Made by a program: the position numbers and the translations under genes. A stretch of 64,000 nt of DNA from Octopus vulgaris (taxonomy: Eukaryota). Under the pieces are notes generated by a model, which searched no databases, was not told where the DNA came from, and was given only the letters and a program-made list of their open reading frames with translations. This document shows positions 39,409 through 54,469 of the stretch, piece after piece. The stretch is from NCBI GenBank assembly GCA_951406725.2, contig OX597815.1, positions 111,042,001-111,106,000 on the forward strand. Direction: 5' to 3'. Numbering within the stretch: position 1 is the first letter of the stretch; each line of letters starts with the position of its first letter.

Positions 39409-41608
39409 ACAGAGAAATACAGGAAGACTGTGAGAGAAGGAGAGGGAGAGTGAGATTATAATTTACTAATTGAACGCGACCCACATAAACACTTTCTTTC
39501 TCCTCACATTCATAAACAGGAATATGCTAATACACAAAACACAGAGAGAGAGAGAGAGAGAGAAAGGAGGGGCAGAAGAAAAGAGCGAAGGAGAGATAGG
39601 AGCAAAGGTGAGAGAGAAGGAGAGAAACAAGATTCTGTCAAGGAAGAATCGAATCAGTGACGCTAAATAAGCGGCGACAAAACACCCGTAGCAAAACTTA
39701 TCATATCCACACCATATTCATACATAGACACTCACACACACATGAATACACGAAGTACATGCCAGTGTCCCCCTATCTCTTACAATCTCTCTTTTCTGTT
39801 TTACATTTTTATATTCTTCTAAATATAGATACAGAATTTGAAAGCTCGAAGACTGACAGACTTTGGAGGAGAGAAATTCTTGCTATCATTGATTAGTTGG
39901 TGATCAGCAACGAAAGGACGCTGAAGAACCTAGCAAATGGATTGATTGACTGAACGATTAAACAAGAAGTCGATTAGTTAATTGGTTCAATGTTTATCTC
40001 ATTGACTAATAAAGATTTAAAAAAAGGGAAATAGAAACTATGCGTGTCTTTCTCCAAAATACACACGTTTCAACACACGATTTTACATTAAGAATCTAGC
40101 AAACCAAATGCAATAAAGAAAAAAGAGAAAAGAACAAGCACTTTTTACTGATATCCAAGAATTAGACAAACAATGATCTCGTAAATTTGATGTATTCTAA
40201 CTGGCGGTATGGGCCAAACTTAATTTTTTCTAGAAAATTACAATTAACAAATGTAATATTAATGCAAAAGCAGTGGAATGGGAGGTCGAATAAAATATAG
40301 AAATTTTAAGGAGTACAAATAATAGGAATAAGAAAAAATATCTGTCGTAAAATAATTCCTTTGGAATAATTATATTCGTTGCGTAATATTTGGCAATAAT
40401 AGAAAATCAGGAAATAATAGAGAGGTAATGGTGGATATTTCTAGGAGCAGTCGTCATGAAGATGAAGTTGAAATATACCTGATCAACTGTTAATTTGACA
40501 AGACCCATTCATTTTAATCAAATAGTTTTCGCATCCATCCATTAAGAAATTACATTGGCAATTCTTCATGCGAAAATGAGCTTTTAGAGCAGGAAAATTT
40601 AGTGAATCATGTCTCTGCCACAATTAGTTCACAGTAATTCATTCTAATTTCGTATCAGCTAAATATAAACTTACTTGGATATATGCATGCTTTTATAAAT
40701 ATATGGATACTTACTTAGGTAGTGCCAATTTCATGTAAATTTGTACCGTCGAAATAATAAAGCGTTAAGAAACATCTCTGTCTATTCTTCGTAGTAGTCT
40801 TTATGTCGCTTTTAGTAGGCACTTATATTGTTTGAAATTATATTACACACAGAGTATGCTTATGAATAGCAACAACGTTGCATTCTATTTTAATTGCATC
40901 AAACCATAAGGTGATCAGAATTATAAAACAGTCTAAATATAGAATACTAACAATTAGCGTAATTCTATAATTTTTCAAATAGAATATTTCGAATTTTGAG
41001 TATCTTCCGAGGATATCAGAGAAATTGTCTCCTCTTATAATTGCAACATCCACCTGCACGCTCAATAAGAGAAGGCAGTGGGTATTGTGTTATATATATA
41101 TATATATATATATCAGCATATTATAAACCATATTTTAGGTTACAAGTACTTTAAATAATAACTTATAGTATTAAAATGTCGAACAAAATTATTGCTCGTT
41201 CAAGCTTATAGCCATTATTGTTTTACTACATGAGTTTATTCATCAGCGATTAAGGGATATTTTCTCTAACCCGTAGTTGCCTTGACATAAGAAGAGCTTC
41301 TGAATAATCAGGCATATTTTACTACATGGGTGGTAAATCCTGTGTTATAAAACATGACACCTTTCACTTCTTCAGGTTTTTAGGTACGTATTTTTATTTT
41401 CCTCTTACGGTTTCCCGTTACGTTTAAAACAACGCATGCGCACACACACACACATATGTATATGTATATATACACACATATGTATTAGTATAACGCTCAG
41501 GAATAGAAAGAGTCTTTTACGTTTTGAGCCTACGCTCTTCTATAGAAAGGGACAGAAAAAACAAGGAGAGAAAAAAATGTGTGTAGTGGCTAACGATCTA
41601 TCATGGCG

Positions 41609-41648
<40 letters not shown>

Positions 41649-42244
41649 TACAGAGATATGCTTGTGCGTGTATGTAAATGTGCATAGGTATGTGTATCTA
41701 TGCATTGTTCCAGTGTATATGTGTGAAAAGCCGTTATTCTAATGAAGTTACAGAATAAATAACAATTCATGTAGTACCGTTATTGACAAGGAGATATTTA
41801 ATGATGTCGATGTATATTTGGCTTCATTTTAGTGAAAATCGAGAATTATGCCTACATGCATATATGGTACCAGTTTAAGCGCGCTTTTCGCTTATAAACA
41901 GTTTCCTCACAAAATATTTTCATATCTTATATAAAATTTATTGATTTTTATTCTTTCATATTTCTTGAATATATTGTGCAGGATATTGTTAAGCTCATAT
42001 AGAAACGAATAGTTCGATAAAACTATAAAAAGAATATATCTACCAGACTGCACTAAGTCAAGTTAGAATTTTGCATCAAGATAACACAAGCATTGCATTG
42101 ATATTGGCTGGGATCATAACGAACCGGAAAGTTTTATGAAAAAAAAATACATTCACTATGATTTTATGAAGGTAAATGTGCATATATTTCTGCCTTTCAT
42201 ACTTTGCTCCTTACTCTCTCCATACTTATATATATCCCCTCTCT

Positions 42245-43462
<1,218 letters not shown>

Positions 43463-43479
43463 TATATATATATTCTTTT

Positions 43480-43865
43480 GTTTGTTTCAGTCATTTGATT
43501 GTGGCCATGCTGGAGCACTGCCTTTAGTCGAGCAAATCGACCCCAGGACTTATTCTTTGTAAGCCTAGTACTTATTCTTTTGCCGAACCACTAAGTTACG
43601 GGGACGTAAACACACCAGCATCGGTTGTCAAGCGATGTTGGGGGTGGGGACAAACACAGACACACAAACATATACACAGATATACATATATATACATATA
43701 TACGACGGGCTTCTTTCAGTTTCCGTCTACCAAATCCACTCACAAGGCTTTGGTTGGCCCGAGGCTATAGTAGAAGACACTTGCCCAAGGTGCCACGCAG
43801 TGGGACTGATCCCGGAACTCTGTGGTTGGTAAGCAAGCTACTTATCACACAGCCACTCCTACGCC
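43480..43865 (-). mobile_element. SINE family A
   Basis: Colinear with 38522-38935. Confidence 0.92.
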
Positions 43866-43917
<52 letters not shown>

Positions 43918-44039
43918 CGTTTATGTATGTATGAATGTGTGTATGTATGTACTTCTCTCTTATTAATTTAGAGATAATTTTAACCAATCACCTACCTGGT
44001 AACAAGGGTCTGAAGGAAAGCATCTTGTTTTAATTACTA

Positions 44040-44500
44040 TCTTTTATACTTAAGGAGCTCTTGAAGATTTTCATAGACACTGATATCGTGATCATTTGTA
44101 GAGCATGAATTAAGGATTTGCCTTCCCATCTCAAGATCCCAAGTTTAGCCATACTTTATTCCAAACAGGCTTGTATGTGTCCTGTTGCTCCAATCATAAT
44201 AGGTATGAAGCTGAAAGTGTATCTTGGGTATTGGATTTGCAAACTCCTTATTAATGATACACGAATGTCCTCTTTTTCTTGTAATTTCGAATTACATTAC
44301 TTCCCCGAGGTCAGGTAATTTCCACGACAGAGTATATCTTCTTGTGATCCCACACAGCAATATCTGGCGCACTCTGTTTTAATTTGACCTATCGGTCTCT
44401 ATGTAGTCTTCTTCCTCAGTAGGTGTTTTCTCCTTTGTTATTCTATTCGAGATCATTCTGGTCACTCCATCATACCTCATGTAACGATGAAGTTTGAAAA
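44040..44500 (-). mobile_element. C-terminal restriction-like endonuclease fragment of an RLE-type non-LTR element
   Basis: Manual translation across frameshifts: PDIAVWDHKKIY..VEIT, IPIMIGATGHI, LQMITISVSMKIFKSSL. Confidence 0.55.
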
Positions 44501-44619
44501 ATATTACGCATGTATGTAATGTTTTCTATTTATAAATATATAGATGCATTTGTCGTATATACATATATAAACACACACACAACACACATACAAGCACACA
44601 CATACATGCATATGCATAG

Positions 44620-44927
44620 GATGTAGATAAGGGTAAGGAGCCCTTTCGGTTATGAATGACCATGAGATTGAACCTAGAATGTTCCCCTCCATAGCACAAG
44701 TTCGGACAAAGTTGTTCATGGAAGATCAGCCTCCTCTCTCCACGCCACCGATTTTACCCAAGGGAAGGCACAGGCCGATGCAGCTTGGCACCAGTGACGT
44801 CGCAACTCATTTCTAGAGTTGAGTAAACTGGAGCAACGTGAAATAAAGTGTCTTGCTCAAGAACACAACATACCCGGTTCGAGAATCGAACTCCCTACCT
44901 CATGATTGTGAGTCCATCGCTCTAACT
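44620..44927 (-). mobile_element. tRNA-derived SINE, family D (CORE-like middle)
   Basis: GTTAGAGCGATGGACTCACAATC...GAGTTCGATTCTC, then TTCTTGAGCAAGACACTTTATTTCAC. Confidence 0.7.
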
Positions 44928-45294
44928 ATGTATGTATATAATTTTCAGTGTGTTACCCTGCACTATATGCTATCAGTCAGTTTCAGTAATTGGTCCTCCA
45001 TTAAACTACTATATCCTACTCGCTACTTATCCAGTAATCACGTCGGAAGAGAGTTCCTTCAAAATGATTTTTCTAACTCTTGAAACAAGTAATATCACGG
45101 GTTGGGCATTAAGTACAAAGATGAAACGGAAACTTTCCGCAGAACTAATTTTCTCTAATTCGAACAATAATTGCTTCAAATCTTTCCTATTGCTATAACG
45201 CTCCTAACGAGGCGAATGTACGGAAGATATCAAATATTTTAGATAAACATCTTAGTTTCGTTTGGTCGGTTCATTTGGAACTGCTATTTATAGG

Positions 45295-45360
<66 letters not shown>

Positions 45361-45483
45361 AAGAGAGGCAGAGAGAAAGTTAGAGAGAAAGAGAGAGGGT
45401 GAGAGGGCGAGAGAGAGAGGGAGAGAGGGAGAAAGAGAAGTAGAGAGAGGTAGAGAGATAAAGTGTCAGAGAGATAAAGTGTC

Positions 45484-45514
<31 letters not shown>

Positions 45515-46408
45515 GGGGGGAGTTCTATTTAAGGTGAGAAAATTGCTTCTAAGTTTCTTTCTTCCTTATGTTGAGAAATCATTACCAGAGACAGAAAAAA
45601 GTGAAAAGAGCATTCGTCATTTCCATATAATTCTTTTATTAAACTGTCCGGTATTCGCCCTCGTTCCGGCTCCTCAGCATCACATAACTTGAGATTAGTC
45701 TAAAGTCATTAAAATCGATCGCTATTTTGTCTTTTAACACTGGAAAAAAGAAGTGTAGAGAGCTTGAGGTGGAGAAAGAAAACGGCTTACGCATTTTTTA
45801 AACAACTCGCATTTTTACTCTTTTTTCTTTTAATAGTTCCAGTATAGATATACCTTGTGTAATAGTTTCACTACGCACCATACACAACTCCTTGCATGTT
45901 CGCTGCGGGTGTAAACGAAGAATTTCTCGCTGCATTTTTTTGTTGCTTTATCTGTCGGGATGATTTTAAATCAGTATTCTTTTTATTTAATCCCAACCAT
46001 GGTACTTTGCCATCAGTTTCTGTGAATAACACTTGAAATCCACCCAACGGATACAGAGGAAGAAAGAGAAGGAGATAGAGAAAGAAAGAGAGGGAGAGAG
46101 AGAAGGAAAGAAAGAGAGGGAGAGAGAGAGAAAAAAGAAAGAGAGAGTGTGTGTTTGTGTACTCTATTTAAGGGGAGAGAATAGCATCTAATTTTCTTTT
46201 GTTTTTCCGTAGGTTGAGTTATTATTAAAGAGTGAAAATGGTCGCAATTTTATTCTTAGAAGCGCATACGACCTGTTAGATAACACCACCGTATGTAGTA
46301 AAACTATAGATAGATATTGCAAAAATTTATCTGAATTATGAAATAGTTGTGATATATAACCCTAGCAAACAAGAAATCAAAAACTTTCAAACGCACTTAA
46401 CTACATTA

Positions 46409-46983
46409 TATTGGGTTGTCCGGAAAGTTCGTGCCGGTTTATAGTAGCTTACATTTTGACTTATTTTAGAACATGGTTGAGTCCATAAAAAGAATTTAAC
46501 TACACCTCCATTTAGAGCACAGTTTAAGCTATCTTTTCGCGGAAGAAGGTTTTATGTTCCTATAGCCTGTGTTAATTCTGTAACTATTTAAAATGGAAGA
46601 TAAGAAAGTTCATTTTCGGCACTTGATGCTTTGGGAACCAGACAAAAATTGCTGCAGCTCGGCTGGGATGTGTTACCCCACCCTCCATATTCACCAGATA
46701 TTGCTCCTTCGAATTTTCACTTATTCAGGTGTCTGCAGAATAGTCTTAATGGTAAAAATTTCAATACCTTGGATGACGTAAAAAGATACCTTGCTGAATG
46801 AATTCTTTGCCATGAAACCACCTCAATTCTGGGAAGAGGATATTTTCAAGTTAAAGGAAAGATGGAGACGCATTGTGCAACAAAATGGTTCATATTTGGT
46901 TGATTAAAAATATAATGGCAAAGTATTTATTGACCTTTTTCTTTCCTTTAAAAATCGGCACGAACTTTCCGGACGACCCAATA
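46409..46983 (+). mobile_element. Internally deleted mariner (TA TSD included in coordinates)
   Basis: TIRs TTGGGTTGTCCGGAAAGTTCGTGCCG / CGGCACGAACTTTCCGGACGACCCAA; MEDKKVHFRHLMLWE joined to LGWDVLPHPPYSPDIAPSNFHLF. Confidence 0.93.
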
Positions 46984-47469
46984 GATTATAAGCTTAATCA
47001 TAACGAATTGTGTTCTGCCTCCTCAATTTCGACTTCCCTTAAAGCTCATTCCTTATAATAAACAACCCTTAGCTTCTATTCCTCATCCGTACATTTATTA
47101 TTCTTAGTGGGTGTCGTGCATCTCTAAAAGAATAAGACTCCTAATCAATGCTGAGTTTCTGCTGTCAGATGAAGCTGTAGCCTCAACCAATGATTTTTGA
47201 GCAATCATTACAAAATCTGTCAAATATAACTGAGAGAGAAATAAACTTTACCTTCCCAAATGGACAACAACGAAGCCATCATTTGATTAATTTTCTTTAC
47301 CAGAGTAAGCCAGTAAAATTCTTTTATTGAGAACTAAATTCTTTGTCAAGAGTTAAGAACGACATAGACATTAGTTAGGGGTAAGAAAATGTATACTGTC
47401 TCTTTCTCTTATGCAGATGATGCAGCGCAGAAACTGATTATATATCTGTAATTGGTTAAACTCATCTCG

Positions 47470-47619
47470 CCTTATTTACATTATTTACATTTGACGGATA
47501 TTTGTCCTCATCTTGTTTGTTGTTAACGCAACATTTCAGCTGATATACTCTCCAGCCTTCATCAGGTGTCTTGGGGAAATTTCGAACCTGGGTTCTCATT
47601 TCTAAGGTATTTTCAATGT

Positions 47620-47676
<57 letters not shown>

Positions 47677-49130
47677 TATTATTATTATTATTATTCAGGT
47701 CACTGTCTGGAATCGATCTCGGAATCTTGGCGTTAGCATAATTGCTTCCATGGGTGTATACCTGAGGTGGTCTGTTTTCTTTCTGTAAAGGATAAAGTCG
47801 TGGGAGTTTTTTGTGTTAGTGTGCGGTATGTAATGTGAGTGTGTGATGTGTAATGTGTGTATGTGTAGGGGGCGGATATGTGTATGTGTGGGGGTACAAT
47901 TTGTGTGCAGGGGTATGTCGGGTGTGTATACAGGGGTATGTGTGTGTATACATGGGTGCATTAATGTGTTCCTTGGTCAAACTCTTTTTACCGGGCCCAA
48001 GAGCATTGTTGGAAGGTCGTTGACAGAGAGTTGAGGCAGAGGACCTGTGGTTGTGGCCATGGCGAGGCGTGAAGGTACGATAGGATGTACTTCCTTTCAT
48101 GCAGGCTTGGATCAAACATCTCACTCCTGCTATTCAGGTAGATATCCATCCAGGCGTTGGGTATCTTTTAAAATTACTCTCTTCTCAGCCAGGCATAACC
48201 TACACTTCCTGATGTTATAGAAGTACGGTTTGCATTTTTTTTAGAACCTCCACTTTATAATGTACTGGCGCTTCCTTTCAAAGCCCAAACGTGCTTGGCT
48301 AGAGTTGTGACGTTACGTCTCTTTGTGATGTTGAAAGAGAGGACTTGTGACTGTAAAAGCGGGTTGTGAAAAGGCCTTTGTTGTCCCACATACTTCTGCA
48401 CGTTCGGTTGTCCTTTGGGTCCTGTTGCTTTTAAACAACTGTCTGCCTCGTAAACAACTGTCTCCGTATTGCCGTTCAGTGGCGAAGTTGTGTTATCCCT
48501 GAATGAGTATCCTGCCTCTGCCTCGGGTGTGGGCCTGCTTACTAAAATGTTTTTTTTACGCTAGGTGCACAGCTAAAGGATAATCGTAGGGTATATCTAT
48601 TAAATATTTTGTTGAATCTATTGATACGGGGGAAGTGTACATCAACTAAGCTGAGGAAGATCTTATCTACTCCGGTATTAACGTTTAAAGTGAATGGCGG
48701 CGTGAACCACAGTACTTTCAGGTGACGCCTTCTCTTGGGGGCGGCTAGGGTCTGCCATGTAGCTAATATTATCCTTGAAGATGCTGGCAACAAGAACCAA
48801 GTATTAGTACGGGGAAGCAGTATCAAAGATTTGCTTGCTTGAAAACAATCTGGAGATTCTCCTGCAAGCACCCTTAACCAGCTTCCTAAACACTATAGCT
48901 GGATGGCAGGAACCTGTGTTAATGTAAAAACAACTCTTTTGGTTTCCCAAAGGGCTTGTAGAGTCCAGATTCTAGAACCAGGGGCACGTCAAGGAAATCT
49001 ATGGGTTTTAGATTGGTCCCTATAGTAGCCTTCACTTCGAGGGATATCATGATGCTTGGGAGATCCTTTCTGAGTCTATCTAGTGTGTGGTCGTTAGCTC
49101 CTCCTTAAAGTTCCAGTCTCCCGCTCTACG
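47470..49130 (-). mobile_element. Degenerate Penelope-like element (Naiad-type RT thumb + GIY-YIG), 3' region and hammerhead-bearing end
   Basis: WFTPPFTLNV..FLSLVDVHFP..KIFNRYTLRLSFSC; VVYEA...KYVG; HKSS; LAKHVWALK; KCRLCLAEK; YLNSRSEM. Confidence 0.85.
47526..47570 (-). ncRNA. Minimal type I hammerhead ribozyme (slightly degenerate)
   Basis: ACAC-CTGATGA-A-GGCTG...CAGCT-GAAA-TG-TT-GCGT. Confidence 0.7.
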
Positions 49131-49183
49131 CTACGTGCTATATATAAATATATATATATATATACATGTGTGTGTGGGTATAC

Positions 49184-49258
<75 letters not shown>

Positions 49259-49703
49259 TAACACTTAGCAGCTTTTCTCCCGTCAGTAGTTTCTGAGTTC
49301 AAATTCCGCAGCGGCTGTTTTCAACCGCTGCGGAATTTGAAATCAGAACCTACTTACACGTTAATAGATTGAAGGATAAACAGTACCGAACTCAAATTGC
49401 TTTTTTTAAATTCTGACTTAATTTTCCTAATTTATGAATTGTGTGCTAATATTTAATGTTTCTTTTCGCAAAACATGGAATTACACAGAATATGGGATTT
49501 GACTATACAAGTGCAAAGGAATATACATTTTCATAGGGCTTTGAACTTCGAACTCTTTCTTAGTTTTCAGTGATGACTGCAACCTCCCCTCTTTTCTTAT
49601 CTAACGAAAGCACTAATAAAGAATTATCCAAAATTCTGACTGCCTCTTTTTTCTCAATATACAATATCTGAACACCACGTCAAACACTACAAACGCAAAC
49701 ACA

Positions 49704-49741
<38 letters not shown>

Positions 49742-49810
49742 TATGTAAACAGGTGTCACTAGATGGAGTACCATTAAATTATTTGGGATGATTTGCAGAA
49801 AGAATTCTTT

Positions 49811-49842
<32 letters not shown>

Positions 49843-50051
49843 TTTAACTGCTAAAATGTAACTCAAATAAGGTAGATAACTCAAGACTCTTCAGTTAACG
49901 GAATCCTGGGGAAAGTGAAATCGATGCAGACACGTATAGGCCTTTTCTTGAAAGTCATCTATACTGGCTTATTTCTGTTTTATTAGAACTCCCCCAGCGT
50001 AGTGGATTATATAGAGTTCAGAAGTTTAAATGTTTTCAGTATATATATATT

Positions 50052-50091
<40 letters not shown>

Positions 50092-50103
50092 CACACATAT
50101 ACA

Positions 50104-50163
<60 letters not shown>

Positions 50164-50385
50164 TATGTATATATATATGTATATGTATATATTATTTAAT
50201 GTAGACATTATAAATAATAAAGGTAAGAGTTAAGAGCTTCTAATAGTTTTTGGCTGTGAAGACACGTGTCTAGGCAACAAGAAAATATTAGTACCTCTAA
50301 TCTTTTTACTATGTGCATTAAATGATATTTGTCTGTCACTCGATGGACAATTTTTTGTTCATCTTACCTTACGCAACTGTGAACT

Positions 50386-50454
50386 ATACATACATACATA
50401 CATACATACATACATACATACATACATACATACATACATACATACATACATACA

Positions 50455-50482
<28 letters not shown>
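50386..50482. repeat. (TACA)n microsatellite
   Basis: Direct inspection. Confidence 0.95.
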
Positions 50483-50487
<5 letters not shown>

Positions 50488-50511
50488 GTCTGTGCTGTGC
50501 ATATGTATGTA

Positions 50512-50584
<73 letters not shown>

Positions 50585-51502
50585 CCATATATCTTAAGCC
50601 ATGAATATACTAAAAACATTATATATGAATGTTAATATATTAGCAATGGGGATATATCTCATCGGAGTTTCTTGTATTTTAATAACATATATGTATAGAT
50701 CTCAGTGTCTGAATATTGACCTGCAAAGCTTCGATGAAATAAGCGTGTCGGCACAGTTAGTAGAAATCTCTATCGTAAATTCCTTCCGACAAGGATCAAA
50801 GACGGTAATTCCACTAAGATCTGTCGATTAACATTTCTGGAAAACATTGAAGTTGCGAAAGAATTTTTGTCTATTGTCCTTCAATTGAAAAGACTAACAA
50901 ATTAGAAACGTAATTGCACATTCACCAAATGATATTGAATAAAACATACACACTCATTTGCATAGCCGTTATCCTCGAAAAATTAAACTACATCGTAGTC
51001 ATCTTTCTTGTTTGGTGTTTCCATTTTTGAAACACCCCGAAAGAGATTTTGCTTACTAATTGTATGAATAACCTTACTTAATGGAAACTTACAATTCAGT
51101 GTATTATATAATTGTGACGTATCGTATTTGCATTTCTTATGCAGAACGTTCACCCCAGGCTCTTTCTGTCAGCCAAATAATTAATATATTCTCATATACA
51201 GAGACACCATAATTACGGTTTAAAATACACATATTGATGGCGTGGATCATATCTATAATGCAACAGAACACAAATAATATATAATCCTCTTACAATCTTT
51301 AACAAATAAATAACACCCAGAATTTGTTTGGATAGAAAACTAGGAACACATTTGCTTTCTATATTATTTTCTATTAACCTTGAGCTCCCTGTTCTTGTAC
51401 ATAAATATATATTTTATTGTAAATGTTACACACACACATACACTTACTCACGCCTATATATATATATATATTTAATAGATATATTCATATTAAATATGTA
51501 TA

Positions 51503-51540
<38 letters not shown>

Positions 51541-51554
51541 GATACATATATATT

Positions 51555-51586
<32 letters not shown>

Positions 51587-51642
51587 ATGTTATATATATA
51601 CATATATATATATCCATATATATATATTTATGTATATATATA

Positions 51643-51700
<58 letters not shown>

Positions 51701-51870
51701 TGATATAAAATGATTTGTAAGCAGTAAGAATATGTGTGTGTGTGTCTGTGCATGAACTTAAGCGTATAGAAATATAAGTACATGCATTGCTTTCTCTATT
51801 TGTCCGTCTGTCTGTCTGTCTCCTCCTCTCTCTCTCCCCCTCTCTCTCTCTATCTATTGTTTTTCTATGT

Positions 51871-51919
<49 letters not shown>

Positions 51920-52982
51920 TTCTCCCATACAATGTATTACTACAATAAGCCTCGAACATCCCTTGTCGAAAATCTTAAATAATCATTAATAATGAACTTA
52001 CATATTTCCATCTCAAAATCTGTTTATCTTTCACAGTCGACATAATCTATTGTCTGGATTTTATTCTCCAATAAACACTGAATAAAACTAATTTCCCCTT
52101 ATTTTTATTTTAAATCACTAAATTCGATATAAATTGAGCGGTTTTATACATCTATAGTCTAACCATTTTCTTGAGGTTTGTCAGTTTTATGATCTTTTAT
52201 TATTCTATTTTCTGTTTATTCATTTTCTAGACAACCGAAAAAGAAGTTTACACGTGTTCATGTTTTCAAACCCCCACTTCATATGATGATCTCGAGAATT
52301 GTTTTGAAAATGGGGAATTTGTAGGCTATAAGGAACATACGCATTAAAAATAAATTTTAACTATAGCTTTATAAATATCATTACGCTTAACACATTTTCG
52401 TTCTGTAAACTGAAAATAATCCAGTCTTGAATTCCTTTCCTCTGTGAAGTAAATTCGATTTGTTTCTATTATAAAATACCTAAACTTTATTATTTCTTTA
52501 GAGAGATTTTATCTGTAATAACTAGGACATTGGGATTCTTCCCTTCCATTGGGTATTTAGACATTATATTTATGATTAGACCATTCATGGCATCATTTTA
52601 AATTCTTTCTCCCACCAGTAATGAATTTTGATACTGTTTAATGTACAAAGATAATTTATCTGTACATATATGAATATGTGCATATACACCTTGACCCACA
52701 CTAATAGCTTAGAAATGAAATATAGGATTTCTCGGTTTTCGCAGCTTGTTTGTACAATATGGCAACACCATTTTTATGTTTTCATTATTCTGTGTAACGT
52801 ACTTCTTTTTTATTTCAGATTCTTCAGTTTTTGGGTGAACCACGCGAATAACATTTGAATGAAAATAACCCATCTGGACATTTTTTCAGAAAATGAAGGG
52901 TACTGATACATATTAAGCATACATTGAGTATATATTTAACAGAAAACTAAAATAATATTATAACAATTATTGACATAATTAA

Positions 52983-53226
52983 TTATTTAACCACATGAGC
53001 GCCATTTCGACGGATAACTTTAGAAACCATATTAGCTATGGAATCGGTTAATTTCTTAATAGTCGCAGGTAGGACTGCCGCTGCTGCAGATTTTGATGGT
53101 CGCCCATAAGAGATCTTTCGATGTAAATTGGCGTCCATCGGCATAAACATCCTGTTTAATGAAGGGACAAAGATTTTCAATAAGGTTGATATTCGGAGAT
53201 GCTGGCTATTAGCGTGGTTCTGGGTG
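52983..53226 (-). mobile_element. Tc1-like transposase C-terminal fragment
   Basis: PASPNINLIENLCPFIKQDVYADGRQFTSKDLLWATI, then after a frameshift ATIKKLTDSIANMVSKVIRRNG (SPDLNPIENLW-type motif). Confidence 0.75.
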
Positions 53227-53274
53227 TACACACACACACACACGCACACACATTCATACGTATATACATACATA

Positions 53275-53487
53275 ATTATTTTTACTATAGGCGCAAGGCC
53301 TAAAATTTTGCGGAGAGGGATAGCCGGTTACACCGACTCCAGTACTCAGCTAGTATATATTTTATCGATCCCAAAAGGATGAAAAACAAAGTCAACCTCG
53401 GCGAAATTTGCACTCAGAGCGTGAAAACCAACGAAATACCGTCAAGCATTTTGCGCGGCGTACTAACAATTATGCTAACTCTCCGCT
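53275..53487 (-). mobile_element. SINE family B monomer, tail 1, diverged
   Basis: Colinear with other family B copies. Confidence 0.82.
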
Positions 53488-53596
53488 TTCATACGCAATA
53501 CATACATACATAAATGCATACCTACATTCATTCATACATACATACATACATACATACATACATACATACATACATACATACATACATACACACATA

Positions 53597-53985
53597 CATG
53601 CATGCATGCATGCATACATGTTCCAGAACCTCAAAACCCAATTGGTTAATGATTTCAATGGTGTGGGCGGCCGTGTGTGGGCGTGCATTATCATACAACA
53701 ACAACAATTTCTTCGACAATAGGCTTCGGCGTTTGGTGCGAATTGTTAGCTTCAGTTTGATGGCCAGCAAAGCACTGTATCTTGCAGTGTTGATCGTCCA
53801 CCCCTATTCGAGAGAAATCGGATCACTGCTCTTTGTTCTTCTTTGGTGCACATTGCTAGTGGATTGACCGTGCTTACACTGTAAAGACAAAAAGTTAAAT
53901 GGCGCAATCAGGCTCAAACTTCGATCACGTGACCACAATAGTACCGACTATAAGTACGCATGCGCAGAGGACTGTGTTACAAAAA
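53597..53985 (-). mobile_element. Internally deleted mariner fragment
   Basis: CTKEEQRAVIRFL (N-terminus) and LLLYDNARPHTAAHT..LGFEVLEH. Confidence 0.82.
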
Positions 53986-54311
53986 CAAAGGTATGTTACA
54001 GTGAAAGCAATGTTTTCAGAGAAAGGAATCAACTAGCTAAATGCATATTACAAATACAATCTGTAAGCAGAAAAATAACAAATATGCATGATTTTACTAA
54101 CAGCAATTTCCTTAAAAGAAGACATTAAATAATTAAAAATAGAAGAGTTAAATATATATACACGCATATACTCATATATACGAGTTTATATAAGCGCATA
54201 CATATCTTCATCGACACAGCACATATATACATGTCATATGTTATTTAAATTGCTAGATTTTGGTTCAAGCGGATTAGGTTCAATAGCGTTCGATATGTTG
54301 TATGGTAGCAT

Positions 54312-54370
<59 letters not shown>

Positions 54371-54420
54371 ATAGTAGTAGTAGTAGTAGTAGTAGCAGCA
54401 GCAGCAGCAGCAGCCGCAGC
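54312..54420. repeat. (TAG)n(CAG)n microsatellite
   Basis: Direct inspection. Confidence 0.95.
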
Positions 54421-54469
54421 AGTTGTTTGCAATTGGAGCATTGTGCTATGTGAAGGCTGCTAAATGTAG

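Noticed and set aside
38876-39484. 202 aa minus-strand ORF
   Set aside because: Spans a GA microsatellite and a SINE tail, with no recognisable domain.
47750-48200. Selenocysteine/SECIS use, known for some Naiad PLEs
   Set aside because: The copy is too decayed to tell in-frame UGA from nonsense mutations, and no SECIS was recognised.
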